Part shown: piece by piece, positions 26,101 through 35,554 of the stretch
How the letters are laid out: the number at the start of each line of letters is the position of its first letter
Numbering within the stretch: the first letter of the stretch is position 1
Source: a virus
Lineage: Duplodnaviria; Caudoviricetes
Strand: one strand, 5' to 3'
IMG/VR virus record: IMGVR_UViG_3300020042_006880
Coordinates: 1-43,333 of that record
Length of the DNA: 43,333 bases
Translations under genes and position numbers: made by a program
Notes under the pieces: generated by a model
Seen by the model: the letters and a program-made list of their open reading frames with translations, nothing else
What the model was told of the DNA's origin: nothing
Databases searched by the model: none

Positions 26101-27069
26101 ATGGTAGATGCAGTTGTAGCCTTTGAAGGATGGTCTAGATCCCAAGGTTGGGGTCTAGGACCGTTTGGCACAGGCGCAATTGATATCGGTGTCGCTACAG
26201 GCAGTGTTGGCACGGTAACTGTTGCCGCTAATGCTGACGTAAGCGTAACTGGTGTAAGCGCAACTGGCTCAGTTGGTACTGTAACTTTACTTATAGACAC
26301 TCCTGTAAGTGTTACTGGCGTAAGCGCAACGGGTTCAGTTGGCAACGTAACTGTTGCTTATGATTTTATTTTCACGGTCACTGGCGTAAGCGCAACAACA
26401 TCTGTCGGCGGTGTAAGTGTTACAGGTGCAGCTAATGTAACCCTTACGGGGGTCAGTGCTACTGGGGCAGTTGGTACTGTAACTTTAGAATACGATTTTA
26501 TTTTTGAAGTCACAGGGGTCAGTGCTACAGGTTCAGTTGGTACTGCTACAGTTACGGGCGCAGCAAATGTTGATGTCACAGGCGTTTCTGCAACTAGTTC
26601 TGTTGGTGATGTTTCTGTTACTGGCACAGCAGATGTAACCCTTACGGGCATTGCATCAACTGGTTCGGTTGGTTCTGTTTCTATAACAGGTGAGGCAAAT
26701 GTAGTCCTTACGGGGGTTGAAGCTACAGGTGCCGCTGGCACAGTAGAAATTATAACAATCAACCTTGTTGATGTAACGGGGGTACAGGCTGATACAAGCA
26801 CGGGCGATGTAACCGTAGTGCTTTCGCCAAACGCCTTTGTTGAAGGTGTATTTGCAACGGGTGGTGTGGGACAGGCTTTTGTTTGGGGGCAGATAGTTCC
26901 TGACCAAGACCCTAACTACGCACAGATTACTCCTACGCAAACTCCCGCGTATTCTTTAATTACTCCGGCGCAGTCTCCTACGTGGACAGATATTGCGCCA
27001 AGTCAAATTGCAGGGTATAGTGCCGTTACTCCAGCACAATCACCTAACTGGACACAGATAGCCGCTTAA
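26101..27069 (+). CDS. fibre-like protein with ~19-aa VTGVSATGSVG repeats
   Basis: more than ten repeat units; C-terminal ITPxQxPxW/Y repeats. Confidence 0.82.
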   Translation: MVDAVVAFEGWSRSQGWGLGPFGTGAIDIGVATGSVGTVTVAANADVSVTGVSATGSVGTVTLLIDTPVSVTGVSATGSVGNVTVAYDFIFTVTGVSATTSVGGVSVTGAANVTLTGVSATGAVGTVTLEYDFIFEVTGVSATGSVGTATVTGAANVDVTGVSATSSVGDVSVTGTADVTLTGIASTGSVGSVSITGEANVVLTGVEATGAAGTVEIITINLVDVTGVQADTSTGDVTVVLSPNAFVEGVFATGGVGQAFVWGQIVPDQDPNYAQITPTQTPAYSLITPAQSPTWTDIAPSQIAGYSAVTPAQSPNWTQIAA

Positions 27070-27078
27070 GGGGCACAC

Positions 27079-29358
27079 ATGACAAGTACGTATTCAACAG
27101 ACCTTAAACTTACCCTTTTAGGAACAGGCGATGCTTCTGGTACATGGGGTGATACAACCAATACGAATTTGGGCACTCTGTTAGAACAGGCCATTGCTGG
27201 TTATTCTACACAGGCATTAACAGGGGCTAGTGCTACTACTACCCTTACGATTCCTGACGGCAGCAGTTCAGTAGGTCGTAATTACGTTATCGAATTCACA
27301 GGGACACCAACAGTTACGCACACGGTTATCGTGCCCACTGTTGATAAACCTTATATTTTGTTTAATAATACTTCTATTTCAGTGCTTGTGAAAACAACGG
27401 CAGGGACTGGCGTTACGATTGCAGCGGGCAAAAAAGCTATTGTCTATGCAAATAGCACTGACGTTGTTGAGGTCGCCAATGCCCCTGTTACGGAGGCTGG
27501 AACTCAAACACTTACGAACAAGACGTTGACTTCACCAACGCTGACTACCCCTGCATTGGGTACTCCTGCAAGTGGTGTTTTGACAAATACGACAGGACTA
27601 CCTATCAGCACTGGTGTCAGTGGTCTTGGCACAGGTGTAGCAACATTCCTTGCAACGCCTAGTTCAACTAATCTAGCCTCTGCCGTAACAGGTGAAACTG
27701 GTACAGGTGCATTAGTTTTTGCGACTTCGCCTACACTTGTTACTCCAATTCTTGGGACACCCACAAGCGGAACTCTCACTAACGCTACGGGGTTACCTAT
27801 CAGCACTGGCGTAAGCGGGCTTGGGGCAGGTGTCGCTACGTTCCTTGCGACACCTAGTTCAGCTAATTTAGCTGCTGCCTTAACAGACGAAACGGGCACA
27901 GGTGCGAATGTTTTTGGTACGTCGCCAACCATTGCAACGCCAACTATCACCACCTCTGCGACTGTGCCCCTTGTTATTGGTGGCACGGCAGTTTCTTCAG
28001 CGTTGACTTTGCAATCAACATCCGGTGTCGGCACGTCTGACAGCATCGCGTTCAAGGTTGGCAATAACGGTGCGACCACGGCGATGACGATTAATACGTC
28101 GGGCAACGTAGGCATCGGCACGACGTCACTAACCCAGATAAATTTACGAGTATCAAAAGCTATCACTGGAGCCACTAATTCTTTTAATGTTTATGCGGAT
28201 GGGGCAATTCAATCAGATGTAACATCCGTAGGGTCTTATTATGCAACGTCTGCTAATATGCCGTCTGGTACGTTGAGTAATTTGTTTCACTTTTATGCAA
28301 ATCAAGGGGCAATTGCATCAACTGTTTCTGTACAAGCTGGGTTCAACTCTACTGGAACTTTAATCGGAGCCACCAATAATTACGGATACCTTGCAAGCAA
28401 CACCGCAGGAGTAACGGCTGGCAAAATTGCCTTCGGGTTCTACTCCGCAGTAAACATCGCCACAGGCGGCGGCACAACGTATGGCTTCTACGCTGCCGGG
28501 ACTGCGCCAAACTATTTTAATGGCAACGTCGGGATCGGGACAACCGCTAACTATAGATTAGCGGTTGTTGGTGGTGCGACCCAGTTATCAGGGTCAACTT
28601 CTGCGGCTGCTGGATTACGAGTGCAGACTGCTTCAACCGTTGCGACATTAACTGGCATTAATAGTGATAACAATGCATTTAATCCAATAGCATTTTATAC
28701 GAGTGCAACCGAGGCTATGCGTATCGACTCATCTGGCAATGTCGGGATCGGAACAACGTCGCCAAGCACTAAACTTCACGTCGCTGGGGAGCTCACTCTT
28801 GGTGCTGTGTCTACAGAGGGTGGACAGGTTACATTTCATAATCCAGACGCATCAACTGGGTTGGTTATTGATGTAAGCAGCGCGAATAATGGTCGTATTT
28901 TCAACACAAGCAATAATTTTAACTTACAAATTGGTCAAATTGTCGGCACTGGCGGGACTATTGACTTTTATACTGGTGCTACTTCACGGGCGGCGATTAA
29001 TTCAAGCGGAGATTTCTCCTTCAACTCCGGCTACGGCTCCGCAGCAACGGCATACGGCTGCCGTGCGTGGGTTAATCTTGATCTCGCGGCAACACCGACT
29101 ATTCGTGCTGATGGAAATGTTTCGAGCCTTACGGATAATGGTACTGGGATTGTTACGGTCAATTTTACAACTGCAATGCCAGACGCTAATTATGCTTGTA
29201 TTGCTAGTGGTTCTCAAACTGATGCTGCTAGTGCTAACGAGGTTTTTTCAATATTAGAAACTACTGCACCAACTACTTCAGCAGTCAGGCTTATTAGTCA
29301 AAGTTCAAATGGGAATAATGTTCTTGCATTATATTGTTCTGTTGCTATCTTCCGCTAA
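27079..29358 (+). CDS. tail fibre / receptor-binding protein
   Basis: N-terminal 'STYS..L.L...G..SGTWG..TN.N', three GNVGIGT repeats, C-terminal 'CRAWVN...[10 protein letters not shown]...NF..AMPDANY'. Confidence 0.88.
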   Translation: MTSTYSTDLKLTLLGTGDASGTWGDTTNTNLGTLLEQAIAGYSTQALTGASATTTLTIPDGSSSVGRNYVIEFTGTPTVTHTVIVPTVDKPYILFNNTSISVLVKTTAGTGVTIAAGKKAIVYANSTDVVEVANAPVTEAGTQTLTNKTLTSPTLTTPALGTPASGVLTNTTGLPISTGVSGLGTGVATFLATPSSTNLASAVTGETGTGALVFATSPTLVTPILGTPTSGTLTNATGLPISTGVSGLGAGVATFLATPSSANLAAALTDETGTGANVFGTSPTIATPTITTSATVPLVIGGTAVSSALTLQSTSGVGTSDSIAFKVGNNGATTAMTINTSGNVGIGTTSLTQINLRVSKAITGATNSFNVYADGAIQSDVTSVGSYYATSANMPSGTLSNLFHFYANQGAIASTVSVQAGFNSTGTLIGATNNYGYLASNTAGVTAGKIAFGFYSAVNIATGGGTTYGFYAAGTAPNYFNGNVGIGTTANYRLAVVGGATQLSGSTSAAAGLRVQTASTVATLTGINSDNNAFNPIAFYTSATEAMRIDSSGNVGIGTTSPSTKLHVAGELTLGAVSTEGGQVTFHNPDASTGLVIDVSSANNGRIFNTSNNFNLQIGQIVGTGGTIDFYTGATSRAAINSSGDFSFNSGYGSAATAYGCRAWVNLDLAATPTIRADGNVSSLTDNGTGIVTVNFTTAMPDANYACIASGSQTDAASANEVFSILETTAPTTSAVRLISQSSNGNNVLALYCSVAIFR
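27529..27930 (+). repeat. 65-aa internal duplication in tail fibre
   Basis: [43 protein letters not shown] x2. Confidence 0.88.
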
Positions 29359-29370
29359 AAGGATCACACA

Positions 29371-29697
29371 ATGAAACGCATTATATACCAAAACGACGAT
29401 GGTGGCGTGTCCATCATTATTCCATCGCCATCTGCTCTTGCAACGATGACCATCGATGACATTGCTCTTAAAGATACCCCTGCTGGTAAGCCGTTCAAGA
29501 TTGTCGCCACCGAGGACATCCCATCCGACCGCACGTTCCGCAATGCGTGGGAGGCAGATATGTCATCACCTGACGGGACGGGTATGGGGCATGAGGCATG
29601 GTTTGCGGCTAAAGCAGCAGAAGATGCACTAATAAAAGCCGCAGAAGTTGCAGAAGCAGAAGCGGAAGATGTACAGAATATCGGAGACGCAGCATGA
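29371..29697 (+). CDS. tail fibre assembly/accessory protein (putative)
   Basis: follows fibre; 'IPSDRTFRNAW'. Confidence 0.75.
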   Translation: MKRIIYQNDDGGVSIIIPSPSALATMTIDDIALKDTPAGKPFKIVATEDIPSDRTFRNAWEADMSSPDGTGMGHEAWFAAKAAEDALIKAAEVAEAEAEDVQNIGDAA

Positions 29698-29915
29698 TTA
29701 CGATCAACATTGCCAAGGCTAAAGACATCACGAAGGACCGTCTACGGGCAGAGCGTGAGCCACTACTCGCCGCGCAGGACGTAGCATTCCAACGTGCGCT
29801 TGAGAGCAATACAGACACCGCAGCCATTGTTGCCGAGAAGCAACGGCTCCGCGACATCACCAAAGTAGTAGATACGTGCTCGACAGTGGAAGAGTTAAAG
29901 GGCGTGCAAATATGA
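29694..29915 (+). CDS. tail fibre assembly chaperone-like protein
   Basis: 'RLRAEREPLL...D..F.RALE...KQRLRDIT'. Confidence 0.75.
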   Translation: MITINIAKAKDITKDRLRAEREPLLAAQDVAFQRALESNTDTAAIVAEKQRLRDITKVVDTCSTVEELKGVQI

Positions 29916-30073
29916 GATTAGAACTTACTATTAACGATGTGAACATGATCCTTCAGGCTTTGGGGGCTGCCCCTTATGGGCAGGTATTTGAACTTGTGTC
30001 TAAAATCCAAATGCAAGCACAGCCTCAAATTCAAGCACCTGCGCCCGCACAAATTGAAGCTGACGACGAGTAA
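29912..30073 (+). CDS. small conserved phage protein
   Basis: ATGA overlap; 'ILQALG..PY.QV..L..KI..QA'. Confidence 0.75.
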   Translation: MRLELTINDVNMILQALGAAPYGQVFELVSKIQMQAQPQIQAPAPAQIEADDE

Positions 30074-30087
30074 AAGGTTTATGCCTG

Positions 30088-31938
30088 ATGCCTCTACAAA
30101 AACTTCAATTCAAGCCTGGAATTGTTAAAGACCTAACTGCCTACACGAATAAAGGTGGTTGGTACGATATTAATCTTGTTAGATTTAGGAACAGCTTCCC
30201 ACAGTCAATTGGCGGGTGGATAAAAAATTCAACAGCAAGTTTTTTAGGAACCTGCCGTGCTTTGTTCAGTTGGAATACGTTAACTGGAGCGTACTACACA
30301 GCCGTTGGTACGAGTGCGAAATACTACGTGCAGTATGGTGGTGCGTATTATGACATCACCCCACTACGGGAAACAGTAGTCCTCACTAATCCATTCACTA
30401 CAACAAATGGATTAACTACTGTTGTGGTTTCAGATGTAGCGCATGGCGCGTTGCAGGGCGACTATGTGACTTTTTCAGGCTCGTCCGCTGTTGGGGGCGT
30501 TCCTGATACAAACCTTAATAAAGAGTTTGAAATCACTTATTTAACTGTTGATACATATCAAATAACGGTTGCTACTGCTGCGACTTCAACAGCAACAGGT
30601 GGGGGTTCTGTAACAGCTAAGTATCAAATAAACACGGGTATTAATACTGAAGTTACGGGGGGCGGTTGGGGTGCCGGAACATGGAGCCGTGGCACATGGG
30701 GAAGTGCTGTTGAAGTAACAGTTAACCTTTCATTACGGTTATGGGCACAGGATAACTTTGGTGAGCAGCTTTTGTTCAATGTCCGTAATGGCGGCGTTTA
30801 CGTTTGGGATCCAGATTTATCTACTTTACCTGCAACAACGGTTCGTGCGGTAACAATGGCTTCATTGTCTACAGATAGCACAACCCCTACCTATGCTTTG
30901 CAGATTATAATTTCTGATAGAGATAGGCACGTTATTGCTTTTGGTGCCAACCAAGGTGGGTCAACCACTATTGACCCAATGCTTATCAGGTTCAGTAATC
31001 AAGAAGATTACGGAGTTTGGACTTCAACTGCTGAAAACACCGCAGGTGATTTGCGCGTTGGTACAGGTAGTCAAATTATTAAAGCGATAGAAACCAAACG
31101 TGAAATTCTTGTTTGGACAGATGTTGCCATTTATTCTATGCAGTTTGTTGGCCCTCCGTTTACATTTGGTATCCAACAAGTTTCTGGTGAAATAACCACA
31201 GCGGGGTTTAACTGTTTTGCCGCAGTTGAAGATACTGTTTACTGGATGGGCATGGGCAAGTTTTATGTGTACACGGGTGCGACACAAGAACTCCCATGTA
31301 CGATTAAAGAGCATATATTTAATGACATAAATATCGGGCAAATGGAAAAAGTTTTCTGCGGTATAAACACTGAATTTAATGAAATAACGTGGTTTTACCC
31401 TTCTGCCGATTCATCAGAAAACGATTTATATGCTACTTTCAACTATGCTGACCAAGCGTGGACATACGGTATTATGGCGCGTACAGCATGGATGGATAGG
31501 GGCGTAAATGACTACCCTATTGCAGCAGGGGTAGATGGTTACCTTTATGAGCATGAATATGGCTTCAATGATGGCAGCACAACTCCTGCAACGCCGCTTA
31601 ATGCCTATATTGAAAGTTCGCCTTTTGATATTGGCGAAGGTGATAATTTTGCGTTTGTAAGGAAAATCATACCAGACATCACGTTTTTCGATTCAACAAA
31701 TAGTCCTCGCGTTGACATGACGTTAAAGGTTCAAAATTTTCCCGGATCTGCTTATAGCACAACAACCGACTCAAGTGTGCAACGTACAGCTACGGTGCCA
31801 ATTGAACAGTTTACAAATCAAGCGTATGTAAGGCTTAGGGGTAGACAGGTTACTTTCCGTGTTGAAAGCAACAGGGAAGATACACGGTGGGGGCTTGGCT
31901 CGCCGCGTATTGAAATTAAACCTGATGGTCGGCGGTAA
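30088..31938 (+). CDS. tail nozzle/stabilization protein (beta-propeller, putative)
   Basis: 616 aa, beta-rich, 'LW..DNFGE.L', 'IRFS.QE', precedes ejection proteins. Confidence 0.75.
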   Translation: MPLQKLQFKPGIVKDLTAYTNKGGWYDINLVRFRNSFPQSIGGWIKNSTASFLGTCRALFSWNTLTGAYYTAVGTSAKYYVQYGGAYYDITPLRETVVLTNPFTTTNGLTTVVVSDVAHGALQGDYVTFSGSSAVGGVPDTNLNKEFEITYLTVDTYQITVATAATSTATGGGSVTAKYQINTGINTEVTGGGWGAGTWSRGTWGSAVEVTVNLSLRLWAQDNFGEQLLFNVRNGGVYVWDPDLSTLPATTVRAVTMASLSTDSTTPTYALQIIISDRDRHVIAFGANQGGSTTIDPMLIRFSNQEDYGVWTSTAENTAGDLRVGTGSQIIKAIETKREILVWTDVAIYSMQFVGPPFTFGIQQVSGEITTAGFNCFAAVEDTVYWMGMGKFYVYTGATQELPCTIKEHIFNDINIGQMEKVFCGINTEFNEITWFYPSADSSENDLYATFNYADQAWTYGIMARTAWMDRGVNDYPIAAGVDGYLYEHEYGFNDGSTTPATPLNAYIESSPFDIGEGDNFAFVRKIIPDITFFDSTNSPRVDMTLKVQNFPGSAYSTTTDSSVQRTATVPIEQFTNQAYVRLRGRQVTFRVESNREDTRWGLGSPRIEIKPDGRR

Positions 31939-32231
31939 TGGATCGTAGAGCCAGTTTTCCTAACTTTCAACGTGCGCCGAAAGATTACTCGGTAAGCTAC
32001 TTCAATGGCATGGTTAACATGCTGAATTTGCTTATCACGGTGCTGCGTAGTCCTGGAGAAGGAAGACAATCGACCATTGTTATTACCAATATGGTGACCT
32101 CGGACTTTGGACTAGAATCCGGCACATTGTTCCAAATCGATGGGCAAGTATATATTTCTACCTTAAACATCGCGCGACCAACTGCAATAACTGCTACAGG
32201 GGCAGTTGGTTCAGTTGTAGTTACTGTCTAA
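31938..32231 (+). CDS. small virion protein
   Basis: TAATG coupling to nozzle gene. Confidence 0.75.
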   Translation: MDRRASFPNFQRAPKDYSVSYFNGMVNMLNLLITVLRSPGEGRQSTIVITNMVTSDFGLESGTLFQIDGQVYISTLNIARPTAITATGAVGSVVVTV

Positions 32232-32329
32232 GACTTGTAATATTTTCAATAACGGGGTAGTTTGGCATAGCCGATTAATACTCAGGTGCGGCCCTGCCAA
32301 ATTATGTAACATTGGTATAAGGTGATGCC

Positions 32330-33949
32330 ATGCAGGGTATACGTTCTATTCCTTCGTATTATGCTAGTAAGCCAATGCAGTTTGCAGAGGGCGGGTTAGC
32401 TACTTTACCCGAGGCCCCTATGCCGCCACAGGCCGCTCCAGAAATGGATGCTGTGATGCAGCAGGTTTCTGCTAATTTGCCAGAAAACCTAGCCGAAGCG
32501 TTGAAGCAACTTGCACAACAGATTTCTACCCTTCCCCCTGAAGAAATCCAAGCGTTTCTTGAAGCATTAGATTACCTTGAACAAAACAAAGATCGGTACC
32601 AAGAAGCTGTTCAGGAAATGGTCGCCGCAGGTAAAATTCCACCTGATAGTGCGCCTCCTGAGTACAACCCTATGTTGTTTTCAGCCATACGGGAAATCGT
32701 TACGGCTTCGATGGCTGCACCGCAGCAACCCGTTGGGTTTGCGCGTGGCGGCATAGCGCAGGTTGCTAGTAATGGTCGCTTTGGTGACAACATGCTTGCC
32801 CGAATTAATCCTCAACAGGCTGCGATGCTTCGTGCGCGAGGGGGTTCTGGTACTATCAACCCGTATACAGGGCTACGTGAATACTTCAATTTGTGGAAAG
32901 CTATTGCTCCCGTTGTTGGTGCAATAGCTGGATCGTTCCTGCCATTTGGCTCAATGATTGGTCCTGCTATCGGTAGTTTTGCTGCTTCTAAGTTAGCAGG
33001 TAACAGCACTCAAGAATCACTTATGGCGGCTGCTCTTGCGGGGGCTTCAGGATTAGCGATCGGTAATTCTGCGGCAGCAAGTGCGGGCGGGTACGGGGGT
33101 TCAGCTTTTTCAGGTGGCGAGGGGCCAAGTTTAGGTTCGTCTATCCTTAGTGGCATGGATAAAGCAGGGGGTATCGGGTCACTGTTTACAGGGGCACCGA
33201 CTACAACGGCTCCGGCGGCACAAGTAGCAACTTCTGCTCCTTCCGTTGGGCCTTCTGTTGCTTCTTCTGGTGGTGCTTCAATGGGTAGTTTCCCCCCTGT
33301 TTCGTCTACTGCGACTATTCCTACGAGTGCTGTTTCGAGCGCTACTTCTGGGGCGTTCGACGCTACGAAATTACTGAACACCCCTGCTGCAGATTTAGCT
33401 AAAATGAACCTTACTTCTGCGCAAGTTACAGAACTTGCAGCACTTAAAAAAGCATACACCGAAGCAGGAATACCTTTTGGTGCCCCTAGCCAATTTGGGT
33501 TCTTAGGTGACCTTGGTAAAAAGGCTGTTGAAAACCCAATGATTACAGCCATGTTGTTATCTGGTGTTTCTGCTTTGGACCAAGAAAAAATGCCTTCTGG
33601 TATGGGTAGCGCATACGGTGGTGTTACGGCGGGAGACCTTATCTCCAAGTATCCAAGCAAGTATTTGTTGAATCCTGAAGCCTTTGGTATCAAAAATTCA
33701 GAAGCTATTCAAAAATACAAAGACGCCATCAGTAAGGAAAAATCTGGAGTAGCCCAAACAAAAACAGCGCGTGCAGGTGGGCCGATAAATGGTCCTGGAA
33801 CAGGTACAAGTGATAGTATTCCTGCGCGGTTAAGTGACGGTGAATTTGTAATGACAGCGGCTGCTGTACGTGGTGCGGGTGGTGGTGATCGCAAAGCTGG
33901 TGCTAAAAAAATGTACCAGATGATGCACGAATTTGAGAAGAGAGCATAA
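32330..33949 (+). CDS. internal virion/ejection protein (putative)
   Basis: Ala/Gly-rich, hydrophobic segment, 'GPGTGTSDSIPARLSDGEFV'. Confidence 0.75.
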   Translation: MQGIRSIPSYYASKPMQFAEGGLATLPEAPMPPQAAPEMDAVMQQVSANLPENLAEALKQLAQQISTLPPEEIQAFLEALDYLEQNKDRYQEAVQEMVAAGKIPPDSAPPEYNPMLFSAIREIVTASMAAPQQPVGFARGGIAQVASNGRFGDNMLARINPQQAAMLRARGGSGTINPYTGLREYFNLWKAIAPVVGAIAGSFLPFGSMIGPAIGSFAASKLAGNSTQESLMAAALAGASGLAIGNSAAASAGGYGGSAFSGGEGPSLGSSILSGMDKAGGIGSLFTGAPTTTAPAAQVATSAPSVGPSVASSGGASMGSFPPVSSTATIPTSAVSSATSGAFDATKLLNTPAADLAKMNLTSAQVTELAALKKAYTEAGIPFGAPSQFGFLGDLGKKAVENPMITAMLLSGVSALDQEKMPSGMGSAYGGVTAGDLISKYPSKYLLNPEAFGIKNSEAIQKYKDAISKEKSGVAQTKTARAGGPINGPGTGTSDSIPARLSDGEFVMTAAAVRGAGGGDRKAGAKKMYQMMHEFEKRA

Positions 33950-33951
33950 AC

Positions 33952-35553
33952 ATGGCAAGCAACCTTCAACAAAGTCAAGTTGTTCTCGACCCAGAAGTCC
34001 AAGCGTATAGGGAAGCCCTGCTCGCATTAGCACAAACAAAAGCTAATGAAGGTTTTACTATCCCTGAATACACGTTTGCAGATTTAGATCCTTTGCAACA
34101 AACTGCTTATAATACTGCTAAATCTGGCATCGGTAATTACGCTTCTGCCTTAAAAGAAGCAGGAAGCCTTTACGGTGATGCTGCTGATGTTTACGGCGGC
34201 ATGGGGCAAATAGGTTCGAGTGCTGCTGATGTTGCCGCTGCCCAAGAAGCCGCTGCGCGTAGTTCTGCTTTGGGGTTAACAGGTGAAGCAGGGACCACAT
34301 ATCGCGGCCTCGCAGGTATGGGCCAAGGTGCAGTAGGTACTACTGCTGACGCACGGACCACTGCCCAAGGTCTACTTGATACTTCACAAAACCTATATGG
34401 TGGCTTAACAGGTATTGGGGCAGATGCCTCAAACATATTGTCTTCGGGTGCAGGTACAGCAGGTGGCACGATTGGTTCATCTAAAGCTGGGTTTTCTGGC
34501 TTAACTGATTACGGTTCACAGGCACAAAACCTTGCTTCTGCGGGAGCGCAGTCATACGACCCTACTTCTGTTTCTTCTTTTATGGATCCATATCAGAAGG
34601 AGGTGATGCAAAATTCCTTGGCAGAAATGCGTAGGCAGTCTGACATCACTAAACAAAGCCTTGCTGCGCAAGCTGTAAAGGGTGGAGCATTTGGCGGTTC
34701 TAGGTTCGGTGTGCAAATGGCCGAGCAAGACCGTAACCTTGCACAGGCACAAGATCAAAAAATTGCTGAACTCATGTCTGCTGGATACACACAGGCACAA
34801 GCTGCATCTATGGCTGCGTTTTCAGACCAACAGAAACGCCAACAGCAAGCCGCACAAACTTCACTTGGTGCAGGTGATATTGCTGCTAAAAGTGCTGCTG
34901 GACTCGGTAGCCTTGCAGGGCAGGAAATGGCTAATGCTCAGGCTGTTGCGCAGGGCAAACTTGCAGAAGCTGAGTTAGCTAAGGGTGCAGCCTCTGGTAT
35001 TGCGGGGTTATCGGGGCAGGGATTTGCTATGGGCGAATCTGAAGCCAATAAGCAGTTGCAAGCAGCAGAGCTCGCAAAGGCAGGTGCAACGGGTATTGCA
35101 AGCATCGCAGGGCAAAACTACGCTATGGGGCAAGGTGCCGCTGATACCGCGCTACGTGGTGGGCAGCTTGAACTCGCGGGTGCGGGGGCCGAGGCTTCAG
35201 GAATAGCCTCATTGGGTGGGCAGCAATCGGCACTGGCAGGGCAAACGCAAGCCCTTAACCAGAACGAAGTCTCTTCGCTTGAAAATATGGGTGCGACTAG
35301 AACAGCGTTGGAACAGGCTGAGTTGGATGCCAAAAGACAAGAACTACTCCAGCAAGAGCAGTCTGATATGGGTCGGATTAATTTCCTTTCCGATATTTAC
35401 AACAGCACTCCTAGTGGGCAAACAACTATTGGGCAACAGTACGCTGCTGGACCAACAACCGCGAGCCAGTTGGTAGGTAACTCGATGGGTATCTACGGGG
35501 CATTGAGCCAAGCTAATAAGCCAACAACCAATATTTACACTGGATATAAATAA
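33952..35553 (+). CDS. internal virion/ejection protein (putative)
   Basis: Ala/Gln/Gly helical; 'FMDPYQ', 'GAFGGSR'. Confidence 0.78.
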   Translation: MASNLQQSQVVLDPEVQAYREALLALAQTKANEGFTIPEYTFADLDPLQQTAYNTAKSGIGNYASALKEAGSLYGDAADVYGGMGQIGSSAADVAAAQEAAARSSALGLTGEAGTTYRGLAGMGQGAVGTTADARTTAQGLLDTSQNLYGGLTGIGADASNILSSGAGTAGGTIGSSKAGFSGLTDYGSQAQNLASAGAQSYDPTSVSSFMDPYQKEVMQNSLAEMRRQSDITKQSLAAQAVKGGAFGGSRFGVQMAEQDRNLAQAQDQKIAELMSAGYTQAQAASMAAFSDQQKRQQQAAQTSLGAGDIAAKSAAGLGSLAGQEMANAQAVAQGKLAEAELAKGAASGIAGLSGQGFAMGESEANKQLQAAELAKAGATGIASIAGQNYAMGQGAADTALRGGQLELAGAGAEASGIASLGGQQSALAGQTQALNQNEVSSLENMGATRTALEQAELDAKRQELLQQEQSDMGRINFLSDIYNSTPSGQTTIGQQYAAGPTTASQLVGNSMGIYGALSQANKPTTNIYTGYK

Positions 35554-35554
35554 C

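Noticed and set aside
26358-28175. Long minus-strand ORFs opposite fibre genes
   Set aside because: Mirror translations of Thr/Gly/Val-rich repeats on the + strand.
27079-29358. Diversity-generating retroelement or invertible tail fibre cassette
   Set aside because: No reverse transcriptase, invertase or second copy of the C-terminal region seen; internal repeats are ordinary fibre repeats.
29371-29915. Frameshifted single chaperone gene
   Set aside because: ATGA overlap with its own GGAG RBS fits two coupled genes; no slippery site seen.
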